Positions 12,742 through 23,585 of a DNA stretch of 36,582 nucleotides are shown in pieces. The translations under genes and the position numbers were made by a program. The DNA is taken from assembly GCF_001194135.2 (NCBI RefSeq), contig NC_068991.1:74978681-75015262 (forward strand). Direction: 5' to 3'. Position 1 is the stretch's first letter; each line of letters starts with the position of its first letter. Source of the DNA: Octopus bimaculoides. Taxonomy: Eukaryota. A model generated the notes under the pieces. That model ran no database searches. It saw nothing but the letters and a program-made list of their open reading frames with translations, and was not told the DNA's origin.

Positions 12742-12843
12742 GAACCCTCCCTGTTTGCTGTAGCTAAACTTCTTGAGACAGGACTTGTCAATTTATCCAG
12801 AGTTGAAGTTTTATGGAAGCCAGTGACTGCTCATCTTTTAGAG
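12742..12843 (+). CDS. MON2: Internal coding exon of MON2 (Golgi/endosome trafficking, Sec7/ARF-GEF-related scaffold), 34 codons, phase 0/0
   Basis: Acceptor TTCTCTCTTTTTACAG and donor GAG|GTTTGC. The translation [34 protein letters not shown] matches my recollection of vertebrate MON2 ([34 protein letters not shown]). Confidence 0.93.
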
Positions 12844-13462
12844 GTTTGCAAATCTTTCATTACTTCTCAGAACATATTATGTAAACAAGAAAGAAAAAAA
12901 AAATTAATTAGTTTTTCATGTTTAACAAAAAAAGAAAAAGAAAGATAAGAAAAAAAAGAAAACGTTGAAATAATGGAATTTTACTTTTTGCTAATTTACT
13001 GAAATATCTATCCTACAATCTAAATGTTTATTTTTCTAAATCTGTTTTTATAAAATGTTTATTTTTTTTCATTGTCTTTCAGTTGTGATATTCACTCTTG
13101 TTTTTCATAACAAACTTTTTTGAAAGTAATTTTTTTTGGACTTTTTAGTTCATCTAAACGTTGTTTACATTTCGATAAAGCTACAGTAGATATCCACTTC
13201 TTACTGTATTTAAAATTGTTTGCTAATTTCATAGTTCTTTAAAGACATTTGAAATAGAATAGCATGTACAAACCATATTTTCTGTTTCAAAAGAGAAGTA
13301 ATGAAATAAAATTATGATATTTAGAAAATGCATTTATCGATGCAATTTTAATTATGTAAATGAGACATTATTCTTATTCACTTCTATATTTAAGAGATGA
13401 GGAATTATGCACTTTATTTACATTATTTACATTTGACGGATATTTGTCCTCATCTTGTTGTT

Positions 13463-13505
13463 AAAACATTTCGGCTGATATACCCTCCAGCCTTCATCAG
13501 GTGTC
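13463..13505 (-). ncRNA. Minimal hammerhead motif (copy C); core intact, helix I 3' strand damaged
   Basis: Minus strand reads GACAC-CTGATGA-A-GGCTG-GAGGGTATAT-CAGCC-GAAAT-GTTTT. Confidence 0.65.
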
Positions 13506-13552
13506 TTGGGGAAATTTCGAACCTGGGTTCTCATTCCTAAGGTATTTTTCAA

Positions 13553-13608
<56 letters not shown>

Positions 13609-13646
13609 TCACGAGTTCGATTCCAGGCAGTGACCTGAATAATAAC

Positions 13647-13681
<35 letters not shown>

Positions 13682-13730
13682 CATCGAAAAATACCTTAGG
13701 AATGAGAACCCTGGTTCGAAATTTCCCCAA

Positions 13731-13773
13731 GATACTTGATGAAGGCTGGAAGGTATATCAGCTGAAACATGTT
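13731..13773 (+). ncRNA. Degenerate minimal hammerhead motif (copy D)
   Basis: GATAC-TTGATGA-A-GGCTG-loop-CAGCT-GAAAC-ATGTT. Confidence 0.5.
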
Positions 13774-14297
13774 AACAAACAAGATGAGAATAAATATCCG
13801 TCAAATGTAAATAATGTAAATAATGTAAATTACTCTTATTGTCATATTTCTGATAACTGATGCATTTTTATGGATTCTCTCTCAGGGTCATTTATGCTTA
13901 TACTATTTTTCAAATTTCGCGTTCTTCAAGAAACTTTTAGCACATGTCTATGAAATTTGCGACTATAGAAGAGATGTTGAACATTTGTGTTGAAAATATG
14001 AATAGATTCATCTTGGATTTAATGTCATGTATAAATACGTTATCTTAAGAGAATCCATTTCACGTATTCTGGAAACATTGTCACGAGGTTTGGATTATTG
14101 TTTGTGTCATGAATGCATAAATCATTTCTTCAGCTGCTTCATACTTAAACATTGTGGATAACATCGAGGTTCATCTCTACCTGCGTATTATGTATAGTAG
14201 TCTGGCATATCGCTTAGTGAATTGCAATATAATAATAACTACTATAAGTGTGGGTAGGTTGGTGGGTTAATTTTTCTAGTCATGCTTTCTGTGGCAT

Positions 14298-14308
14298 AGA
14301 GAGAGAGA

Positions 14309-14368
<60 letters not shown>
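14298..14368. repeat. (GA)n microsatellite
   Basis: Direct reading. Confidence 0.95.
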
Positions 14369-14370
<2 letters not shown>

Positions 14371-15530
14371 GCAAAAGCGATATACAGAGAGAGTAAATGA
14401 GTTAAACTCTAAGAAGTACTGGATGATTTCACATACTAGGCTTGGTGGCAGGAGGAGAATAGGGTGTAAATGATAGTGTAGTTATGTAAGTAGCTGTTCA
14501 TATGGGAAATTTTTTCTTTTAATTTTGTTTTAAGGCAAAAAGTATTTGTTTTGAACATTTGTATTTATTTCATCGTTTTTGTATAAAAAATTTGATAAAA
14601 GTAAGTGCAGGTGTGGCTGTAAGTGAAAAGAAACATTCACCTTCTTGTGGTTCTTCATGCCTGTGACGCTCTATTGTCCATAGTTTGCATAGATGCTCTA
14701 ATTTTCAGTCGCAGCTCAACCATTTATTTACACTGACTCTGTAGGTTAGCACCTCAACAAGGTTTTCAGATTTGGACAGCCAGGAGTGAGGGTAAAAATG
14801 ATATTTTTATCATAAAGCTATACTGTTTCAAATTTCTGTTCTGTGTTGTTTATTATCTTCTGGAGAAGTATATAAATTTGGAGAAGATATTCAATCAGTC
14901 ACTTTTATTAGTTCCAGCTTAAAGACTTTGGTCATGCTGGGGCATTTTGTCTTTCTGTCTGTTTATTTGTTTATACATAGTTTCACTGCACCCAGGTACT
15001 TGAATCTTTTGCAACAGTTTGTATGTTGCTCATGTACTGAATTATTTTTATTTAAGTTAATAACAACAAACTCTGCTAAACACTCTGTATTGGTTCCAAA
15101 CTAGTGAACTGTGACAATGCTAGGCCATTTCTTCTTTCTGTCTGTTTGCTTTTTATTTTTCTGTGTGTCATTTTGTTACACCATGGTCTTTTTGAGAAAC
15201 TGTCTGAATGATGTGTACATTGCTCATGTTCTGCATCATTTATTTAATACTAAACTCTTTTATAAGTTTATCTGGCAGATTGTGGACATGCTGGACCTTT
15301 TCTTCTCACCGTTTGTTCTTTTGTAAGTTGGTGCATCATTCTCTTTTGAGAATCTGTGCCAGAAGTTTGTGTGTTGCTTATATACCAAATCATTTTTATT
15401 CATGTTAACATAAAACAGAATAAAAATCTAGTTTAGGACTGATGTTGTTCTCTTTTAACTTGCAGCGACCATTTCAAAGTTGTCTGTGAAATAAATCCAA
15501 AAAAGGCAACTAACATTTCTGACAAGTTCT

Positions 15531-15765
15531 TTTATTCTTTTACTCTTTTACTTGTTTCAGCCATTTGACTGCAGCCATGCTGGAGCACTGCCTTTATCTG
15601 AACAAATCGACCTCAGGACTTATTCTTTGTAAGCCTAGTACTCATTCTATCAGTCTATTCTGCCGAACCGCTAAGTTACAGGGACGTAAACACACCAGCA
15701 TTGGTTGTCAAGCGATGGTGTGGGGACAAAGACAGACACAAACATACACACACACATGCACACAC
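15531..15765 (-). mobile_element. SINE 3' half (GCGGTGCTCCAGCATGGCCGCAGTC family)
   Basis: Reverse complement of about 36120-36320; a similar copy lies at 16695-16915. Confidence 0.75.
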
Positions 15766-16694
15766 ACATTAGCTTTTTTTTTAATTCTTAGTGTTGTTGC
15801 TGTTAGTTCTAGGAAGAAAGCTTTAAAAGCTATTCTTTCAACAATATGAAAAAATGATAAGGATGCAATATAAACCTTCCTCCAGTGATCGGATGGGGAG
15901 GAAAAAGAGTTACTGTAATGAAAACAAATATCAATGTACATCGCGATGCAGTTTGAAAGTAAATCATATAAAAATATGTAATGGTTCGTCTATTTGTTTG
16001 GAACAAAAGTTCAAGATTGCAATCACAAGGGTGATTTCACAGGCTATGCATTAGTATTGTTGAATCTTTGATAAAGCTTCAGTTGTTTAATTGCATAATG
16101 AGGAAACTTATTGCAGCTGAATCTGGAGCTTATAAGGAAATCATTGGATGAGAGTGATTACTTAATTACAATCCATTCTGTAAAAGAATACACACAAGTG
16201 CTGCCTTTCAAAACATGTATTCTTAGCAATTAGTTTGTGAATCTAATGCTTCAGTTGTCAAGTGTCTTGAATGTAATATCAAATGTAAGGGTTTAGATTG
16301 TAGTTGAATGAAAATGATGACTATGTGGTCATTTTGTGCATTAACTGAAGCTATAACAACTCTTATTAGGCTATGGTTGCAGACACTTCAAAGTGAATAA
16401 CTACTGCACTTCCATCTGAGTTGAGTCAAATGTCATAACACAACCAGCAACAAGTACAATGTGGGTCGTCTCTTAAGAAAAATGCGGACCGGAAAATATG
16501 TGAATCTGAAAGTTGTATGAAATGTTCGATGTTTGTCACGTCTGTTCTGATTACTTGTTAAACTGAAATCATAGCAATGGAAGCAATGAGATACTTGTGT
16601 TATTTGAACCCCTGACCCATAGGCAAGGAAGACTACAACCTATCTTGTTGGTTATATTTATTTAGTGTCTTTCTGTAGGCACAGACGTGATTGT

Positions 16695-16915
16695 ATTCTT
16701 TCTTTCATTCTTTTGTTTGTTTCAAGTTTTTTGACTGCGGCCATGCTGGAGCACCTGCTCAAACGGTTTTAGTTGAATTAATCAACCTTAAGATTTATTT
16801 TTCAAGCCTTTTACTTATCCTATTGGTCTCTTTTGCCAAACCACTAAGTGACAGGGACATAAACACACCAGCATCAATTGTCAAGCGACGGCAGGAGGTC
16901 AATCACAGACACACA
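16695..16915 (-). mobile_element. SINE 3' half, same family as 15531-15765
   Basis: Shared blocks TTTGACTGCGGCCATGCTGGAGCACC and TAAACACACCAGCATC...TGTCAAGCGA. Confidence 0.75.
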
Positions 16916-16964
16916 CACATAAATATATATATATATATATATATATACATGTTAAAAGCACATA

Positions 16965-17410
16965 TGAGCGTGGGGCGTGACCAGCCCGCTTATGACTACC
17001 CCTCTTTCATTGGGCAATAAAATTTGCTTGCAAAGACCTATTGAGGCAAGTGAAATCAAAATAATCAAAATCGCTGACGTGGCCGATGACAGCACCACCT
17101 GATTGGCACTCATGCCAGTGGAATGTTAAAAGCACATCTTAGCATGATTGTTTGCCAGGGCCACAGACTGGTTCCCATTCCAGTGGCATGTAAAATGCAC
17201 CATTTGAGCGTGATTGTTGACAGCGTCACCCTACCAGGCACATGTGCTGGTGGCACGTGAAAAACAACATTCAAGCGTGGTCGTTGCCAATGCCGCTGGA
17301 CTGGCTCCATAGAAACTGTGCCTCAACAGCAGGAGTCTGCTAGCCACCTCCATGTCAAACCATCCAACCCATGCCAGCATGGAAAACAGACGTTAAATGA
17401 TGATGATGTG
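16965..17410 (+). mobile_element. Longer copy of the (GAT)n-tail SINE-like family, with internally repeated GGCACGTGAAAA-like modules
   Basis: Ends CCATCCAACCCATGCCAGCATGGAAAACAGACGTTAAATGATGATGAT. Its internal modules resemble 11570-11735. Confidence 0.6.
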
Positions 17411-18061
17411 TTTGTGTATTAGTATAGCGTACTGTTTCTGTATGTGTGTGGTCACATGTTAATGTACGATTATGGTCATGTGTGTGTATGTTTGTATGCT
17501 TATGTGTGTGTATTACTGTAGTCCCACATTCTGTTTCTGTATTAGTATAGTCACATTTTTTCATATTGTTTATTGTCATATTTGTGAATAAATCTGAATA
17601 TTTGTGTTGCAAATAAAGGTTCTTTTGGAGTCAAAATAAAATCTTGAACAATTCTTTTTTTTTTTTATATTTCTATTCTTGTTTATTAAAAGACTTCGTC
17701 TATAATAACATTAATATAATAATTGAATTTATGTAGGATATAGTTTCATATTCTAAAAAGAACAGAGAGAGTATATTATCACTAAGTGAAATATATTTAT
17801 TAGCAATTCCATCAAAAGAAACATCTTGCAGTATTAGCCAAAAAAAAAAAAAGTTACAGATGTCTATATGTCTATTTAAAAGAAAGTCTTTGATATTTGA
17901 ATTGTATCAACATTTCTTCAAAAATTTTGATTAAAAAAAGAAGACCATATTTTAGAAAATGGAGGTAGTTTTAACTTGTAATATTGTGAATATTTACAGA
18001 TGTTTTGGGGAAATTTTTGCTAGTGTTATTATTTATAATAAATAATAAATAAATAATAATA

Positions 18062-18112
<51 letters not shown>

Positions 18113-18394
18113 GTAATGTAATTTACATGAAACGCTATTTTCCATATGTGTTTTAGATATTATTAAGAAATTTTGTAAGTTTGTGTGTTTGTAGTTGCAA
18201 CAATGAATTTGACAACAACACAAAACACCGGAATTTGTTTTTTTTTGAAATGATGTCCTTAATTTCACGAGTTTTGGAATCTGTTCAAAAACTTTTAAAA
18301 TTTACTGCTTATGCAATTTTGAGTGTTTCATCTTATAATTCCGATTTGTTGATTCGGTTGATTTTGTTTTCTTCTCTAAATATATATGTAACGT

Positions 18395-18778
18395 GGAGGT
18401 GCAATGGCCCAGTGTTAGGGCAGCGGACTTGCGATTGTGGAATCGTGGTTTCGATTCCCAGACTGGGCATTGTGAGTGTTTATTGAACGAAAACACCTAA
18501 AGCTCCATGAGGCTTCGGCAGGGGATGGTGGCGGACCCTGCTGTATTTTTTTCACCACATCTTTCTCTCACTCTTTCTTCCTGTTTCTGTTGTACCAGTA
18601 TTTCAAAGGGACCAGCATTGTCACACCATCGTGTGTCACGCTGGATCTCCCTGGGAACTACGTTAAGAGTACACATGTCTGTGGAGTGCTCAGCCACTTA
18701 CACGTTAATTTCACAAGCAGGCTGGTCTGTTGATCGGATCAACTGGAACCTTTGTCGTCGTGACCAATGGAGTGCCAC
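18395..18778 (+). mobile_element. tRNA-derived SINE
   Basis: A-box-like TGGCCCAGTG and B-box-like GGTTTCGATTCC. The 3' part (about 180 bp) is shared with 27865-28183. Confidence 0.75.
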
Positions 18779-19335
18779 GATATATGTAGTGTGATAAAGG
18801 AACAGGAGCAGGTTTCTTGTTGCAATACATATATGTGTGCATGTGTATGCAAATGTGTTTGTGCATGTGAGTGTATGTACGAGTTAGTCTGTGTGTGTGT
18901 GTGTGTGTGTGTGTCCTTGTCTTGGCATGTGGTGATGGTTGTAAATAAGCTTGCTCCTCAAACAAGTTATGCCACATAAAATGTTGTAGATTGAACTGTG
19001 TTACTTTAAGAAATCATACTTTATGTGTGTGTGTGTAATTTATATAAATCTATTATTATTATTATTAAAACTTTTGTAATTTTGAAATGTCCACTTGTCT
19101 TTAAATATTTGTCAAGTAGTTTTCTCTCTCTCTTCTCTCAGCAACAAAGTTACTTTTCATTTTCAACTGCTTGAAAGGTCAAGCTGTTGGCAAGCACTAC
19201 TCCATGTCATTGTCATCTTAACAGTAACATCATTAAAACTTCATTTCACTTCATTTCTCTATTGTTTTGTCCATTATATAGAATGTATTTCTGTTATTAT
19301 TCTTAGATAGAGTCCATAGATAAAATAGTTTAAAG

Positions 19336-19336
<1 letters not shown>

Positions 19337-19379
<43 letters not shown>

Positions 19380-20130
19380 ACATTTGGTAGTTTCAGACAA
19401 ATTTCTACTGTATCACCTGCTACACCTCCATGTTGCTGGGGCGTGTGCAACATTGTTGTTGGGGGAATGCAAGCTCTTCCTCTGCATCAGTTTGTTTTAC
19501 TATGGGGTCTGGTTGCAATCTTTTGTAATGTATGTTGTGTGTTTGTAATGCGTTGGTTGCCGGCCTGCTGGTGGTAGTTTATTTCATTGGATATTTTTTA
19601 TATAAAGTGTGTTTTCTGATTGTGGATTGTTTTGTTTGAGTTGTTTTTTTTTTAATTAATAGTGTCTTGCATAGAATGTGCGCTATTCCTAGCAAGGAAA
19701 TGTTTTGTATAGTGTGTTGTGTTGAGGATCCAGATATAGCATCTACATTTTTGTTCATATGTTTTTTTATCATGCCCAATGCTCCAATAATTACTGGTAT
19801 TGTTTTCCTCTTCATGCCCCACATCTTGAATACTTCAATTTCAAAATCTTTGTACTTTGTCAATTTCTCCACTTCTTTTTAGACAATATTTTGGTCAGAA
19901 GGCACTGTAATGTCTTTCAGTAAGCAAGTGTTTTTTTGTCAATCTTTGATTATTATGTCTGGGCAATTAGCTTTTATTTCTTTGTTAGTTTGACCAAGCC
20001 AATCTCAGATGATTGTGGCCTGCTCATTGTCTTGTACTTTGTTTGGCACATGTTTATATCATTTATTGTCAGTTTTTATGTTGTATAGTTGGTACATTGT
20101 CCAGTAGATATAAGTACTTACTCAGTCATG
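19337..20130 (-). mobile_element. Decayed 3' fragment of an RLE (R4/Dong-like) non-LTR retrotransposon, ending in (TAA)n
   Basis: Minus-strand reading with stops: HD*VSTYIYW...NKEIKANCPDIIIKD*QKNTCLLKDITVPSDQNIV*KEVEKLTKYKDFEIEVFKMWGMKRKTIPVIIGALG...SLLGIAHILCK. This gives the PD..D restriction-like endonuclease motif, then a 3' UTR and a (TAA)n tail at 19337-19377. Confidence 0.9.
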
Positions 20131-20194
20131 TATGTATATATATATGTGTGTGTGTGTGTGTGTGCATATATATATATGTATGTATATATATATA

Positions 20195-20556
20195 NNNNNN
20201 NNNNNNNNNNNNNNNNNNNNNNNNNNNNNNNNNNNNNNNNNNNNNNNNNNNNNNNNNNNNNNNNNNNNNNNNNNNNNNNNNNNNNNNNNNNNNNNNNNNN
20301 NNNNNNNNNNNNNNNNNNNNNNNNNNNNNNNNNNNNNNNNNNNNNNNNNNNNNNNNNNNNNNNNNNNNNNNNNNNNNNNNNNNNNNNNNNNNNNNNNNNN
20401 NNNNNNNNNNNNNNNNNNNNNNNNNNNNNNNNNNNNNNNNNNNNNNNNNNNNNNNNNNNNNNNNNNNNNNNNNNNNNNNNNNNNNNNNNNNNNNNNNNNN
20501 NNNNNNNNNNNNNNNNNNNNNNNNNNNNNNNNNNNNNNNNNNNNNNNNNNNNNNNN
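20195..20556. other. Assembly gap
   Basis: Run of N. Confidence 0.99.
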
Positions 20557-20727
20557 AATGCTTAGCAACATTTCGTCAACCTTTACCTTTTGAGTTCAAA
20601 TTCTGCTGAGGTTGGCTTTACCTTTCATCCTTGTGATAAATTAAGTACCAGTTGCATACTGGGGTTGATCTAATCGACTGACCTCTTCCTCCAAATGTTC
20701 AGGCCTTGTGCCTAGAGTAGAAAGGAT
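20557..20727 (+). mobile_element. tRNA-derived SINE (family of 9960-10121), followed by a compound (TTC)n(TAC)n microsatellite
   Basis: GAGTTCAAATTC B-box, TAAATTAAGTACCAGTTGC, and CCTTGTGCCTAGAGTAGAAA 3' end. Confidence 0.75.
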
Positions 20728-20731
20728 TCTT

Positions 20732-20807
<76 letters not shown>

Positions 20808-21295
20808 TTATTATGTTTATTATTAATTTGTTTTATACAAAGGTCTCTTATTTTCTAACTTATCTTCCTAAATCAAGTTCATTTACCATTATTCCTAAAA
20901 TATTTTCTGGCAGCAGCTTTTCATTCTCCTTCTGGCTGTAAGTACTACTTCTAAATTCTTCTCGTCTGCTTTGTTGCCTCATCATAATTTCCAAGACAAG
21001 TTTGCCTTTAAGCAAGAATTGAATCTATTTAATCTATCAAATATTAATGAGACTTATAAACAGCCATTCTTACCTACGCAAAACAGCGGCAAAATTATCT
21101 AGCCCTCTCAAATAATGTTTTCTCGTTAATAATTCCAGTAATTGAAAGTGCAATCAAATATAAGTGACTTTAACTAGTTACTTTATTATGATATGTTTGT
21201 GAGGACAGTCATGGTGATGAACTTGGAAGACAGCCAGCCTGTATGTTCCACCATATTTATTTATGATTTGTATTACTATATTACACTTATACAAT

Positions 21296-21513
21296 ATTCT
21301 TTTCTACTGTCGGAACAAGGCCTGAAATTTTGGGGGAGGGAGGGCCAGTTGATTAGATTGACCCCGGTATGCAACTGGTACTTAATTTATTGACTGCGAA
21401 AGGATGAAAGGCAAAGTCGTCCTCGGCGGAATTTGAACTCAGAACGTAAAGACAGACGAAATGCCACTAAGCATTTTGCTTGGTGTGCTAACAATTCTGC
21501 CAACTTACTGCCT

Positions 21514-21557
<44 letters not shown>

Positions 21558-21776
21558 CGTTTCTACTCTAGGCACAAGGCCTGAAATTTTGGGAGATTGG
21601 TGGGGAGGCAGTTGATTAGATCAACACCAGTACACAACTGGTACTTAATTTATTGACTCTGAAAGGATGAAAGGCAAAGTCGACCTTGGCAGAATTTGAA
21701 CTCAGAACATAAAGACAGATGAAATACCGCTAAGCATTTTGCCCGGTGTGCCAACGATTCTGTCAGCTTGCCACCA
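21296..21776 (-). mobile_element. Tandem pair of tRNA-derived SINEs separated by (AAT)n
   Basis: 21296-21512 and 21558-21776 are similar, in the same orientation, with the spacer at 21515-21556. Confidence 0.85.
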
Positions 21777-21785
21777 TGACATTAT

Positions 21786-22010
21786 ATTATTACTCTTCTA
21801 CTCTTTTACTCTTTTACATGTTTCAGTCATTTGACATATGTATGTATATGGTGAGCTTCTTTCAGTTTCTGTCTAGCAAATCCACTCACAAGGCTTTGGT
21901 CGACCCAAGGCTAAAGTAGAAGACACTTACCCAAGGTGCCACACAGTGGGACTGAACCCAGAACCATGTGGCTAGGAAGCAAGCTTCTTACCACACAGCC
22001 ACTCCTGTGC
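21786..22010 (-). mobile_element. tRNA-derived SINE with internal deletion (family of 35963-36320)
   Basis: Reverse of head GGCTGTGTGGTAAGAAGCTTGCTTCC...GGGTTCAGTCCCACTG, joined to the ACTGAAAC...TAAAAGAG tail. Confidence 0.7.
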
Positions 22011-23167
22011 CTATTATATTATATTATTAGTTTCATAAAGAAATGCTACAAGCTGGCAGAATTGTTAGCATACCGAGGAAAATGTTTAGCCGTATTTCGT
22101 TTGTCTTTATGTTCTGAGTTCAAATTCTGCTGAGGTCAACTATGAATATTTTGTTTAGTTCCAAATCCCCAAAGCTTAACAGATGATAAATGACTCACTC
22201 AATGAATTAGACACCAACCTAGAGTAATCAACATACCCAGGCATGCAGTGCTTGCGATTTGATGAAATGTGTCCTGTAGAATGAATTAGCTTAGCCTTTA
22301 CAGACAACAAAATGTTTATTGCTGACAACTTGTTGCTCTTGGCTGGACTTTGGATATTAATCTGTTACCAACTCGACAAATGATAAATTGATTGGTTGGA
22401 AGGTTCCTGCTACCTGATAACTAGTGAGGTGTGAATTTGACTTTTAGAATTATCTTAGAACATGCAATTGTGTGCATGCAGTTAATGGTTTTTTTCCAGC
22501 TGAGAAAATAATTGCGCTATTCATTTTATTTAAAAGACAGGAGAGACCTTAATCTTTCTGTTACCATATTTCTGATGGAATACACAGATTTTTGTTTGAG
22601 TAATTTTTAAAGAAATGAAGAATTAAGTAAAATAACTTTATCATTATTAAACTGGTGTTTGCAACATAAATTGCCATGAAATTTTGATAGAAGGTTTTAA
22701 TGTAAATTATTTTAAAACATGAAGTCTTTTCGAGTGTGATGATTTGAAAAGGGTTAAGTGGAGTTTTTCTGAAATTCACAAATACAAGCCCCCTCCTCAG
22801 CAGATTTGGTGAAGGCTTTCGGCACCTATTTTCCCTCTGTGAGTTACATGACAAAATAGATTTTGCTGTCATATAATCTCATCCCTTCACCACTGTGTTA
22901 GGAAAAAGTTGCAGTCCATGAAACAGAGAAATTGTTCTGCTCTCTTCTTCTATCCTCTCACCACTCCCCTAACCCCATTAGAAACATTAGCTTAATGTGT
23001 AATTTCTCTGAAAGTCTTAGTGGTGGTTTTAGGTTTTATTTATTTAAACTTTTTTGATATCAGCCCACCCAAGACTGTCTTTGGTTCTATTATATAAAGT
23101 GCCCATACGGAAGTAATCCAGAAAATTACTATTTTTAAATCTCACAATGAGAGATATTCAGCAACAG

Positions 23168-23585
23168 TACTTTGGAGTAAAGATTGTTTGCCAACATATC
23201 AAGGCAGTCCTGGTTTAGGACGAATGTTGCTGTAATTTAGCCCTAGCACACATTGTCTCCAGCTGGCTACACGACATGATCTGTGTCCTTGTATTTTTGA
23301 ACAAGGGCATCTAGCACCCCTACTCAACTCAAAACAATATCTGTGTATCACGATTTCCGTGATATCTGTGTATTGTGATGAAGGGAAAGAACCCAGAAAT
23401 CATGATACACAGATATTGTTTTGAGCTGAGTGGGGGTGCTAGATTCCCTTGCTTGAAAATACAAGGACACAGAACATGTCGTATGGCCAGCTGGACACGA
23501 TGTCTCCTGGGGCTAAATTACACCAACATTCATCCTAAACCAGGACTGCCATGTTATGTTGGCAAATAATCTTTACTCCAATGTA
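23168..23585. repeat. Long inverted repeat (foldback/MITE-like); arms of about 190 bp, loop of about 38 nt
   Basis: TACTTTGGAGTAAAGATTGTTTGCCAACAT... pairs with ...ATGTTGGCAAATAATCTTTACTCCAATGTA. A single-arm copy lies at 32268-32490. Confidence 0.9.

Larger units (their letters stand above)
13417..13829. mobile_element. Palindromic element, locus 3 (both arms, centre deleted); near-perfect hairpin of about 410 nt
   Basis: 13417 to about 13606 is the reverse complement of about 13631-13829, arranged around ACGAGTTCGATTCCAGGCAG. Both arms carry the hammerhead-like motif and the tail. Confidence 0.85.

Noticed and set aside
13860-14230. Minus-strand protein-like fragments (MFKYEAAEEMIYAF..., IDMC*KFLEERE)
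   Set aside because: Several stops and no recognisable motif. Possibly an old transposon remnant, but not assignable.
15200-15260. CLNDVYIAHVLHHLFN, resembling MON2 YLDDVSLHHLIN
   Set aside because: It lies downstream of the exon it should precede, needs an insertion to align, and has no suitable splice sites.
16462-16520. Mariner-TIR-like sequence TACAATGTGGGTCGTCTCTTAAGAAAAATGCGGA
   Set aside because: No matching second terminus or transposase remnant found.
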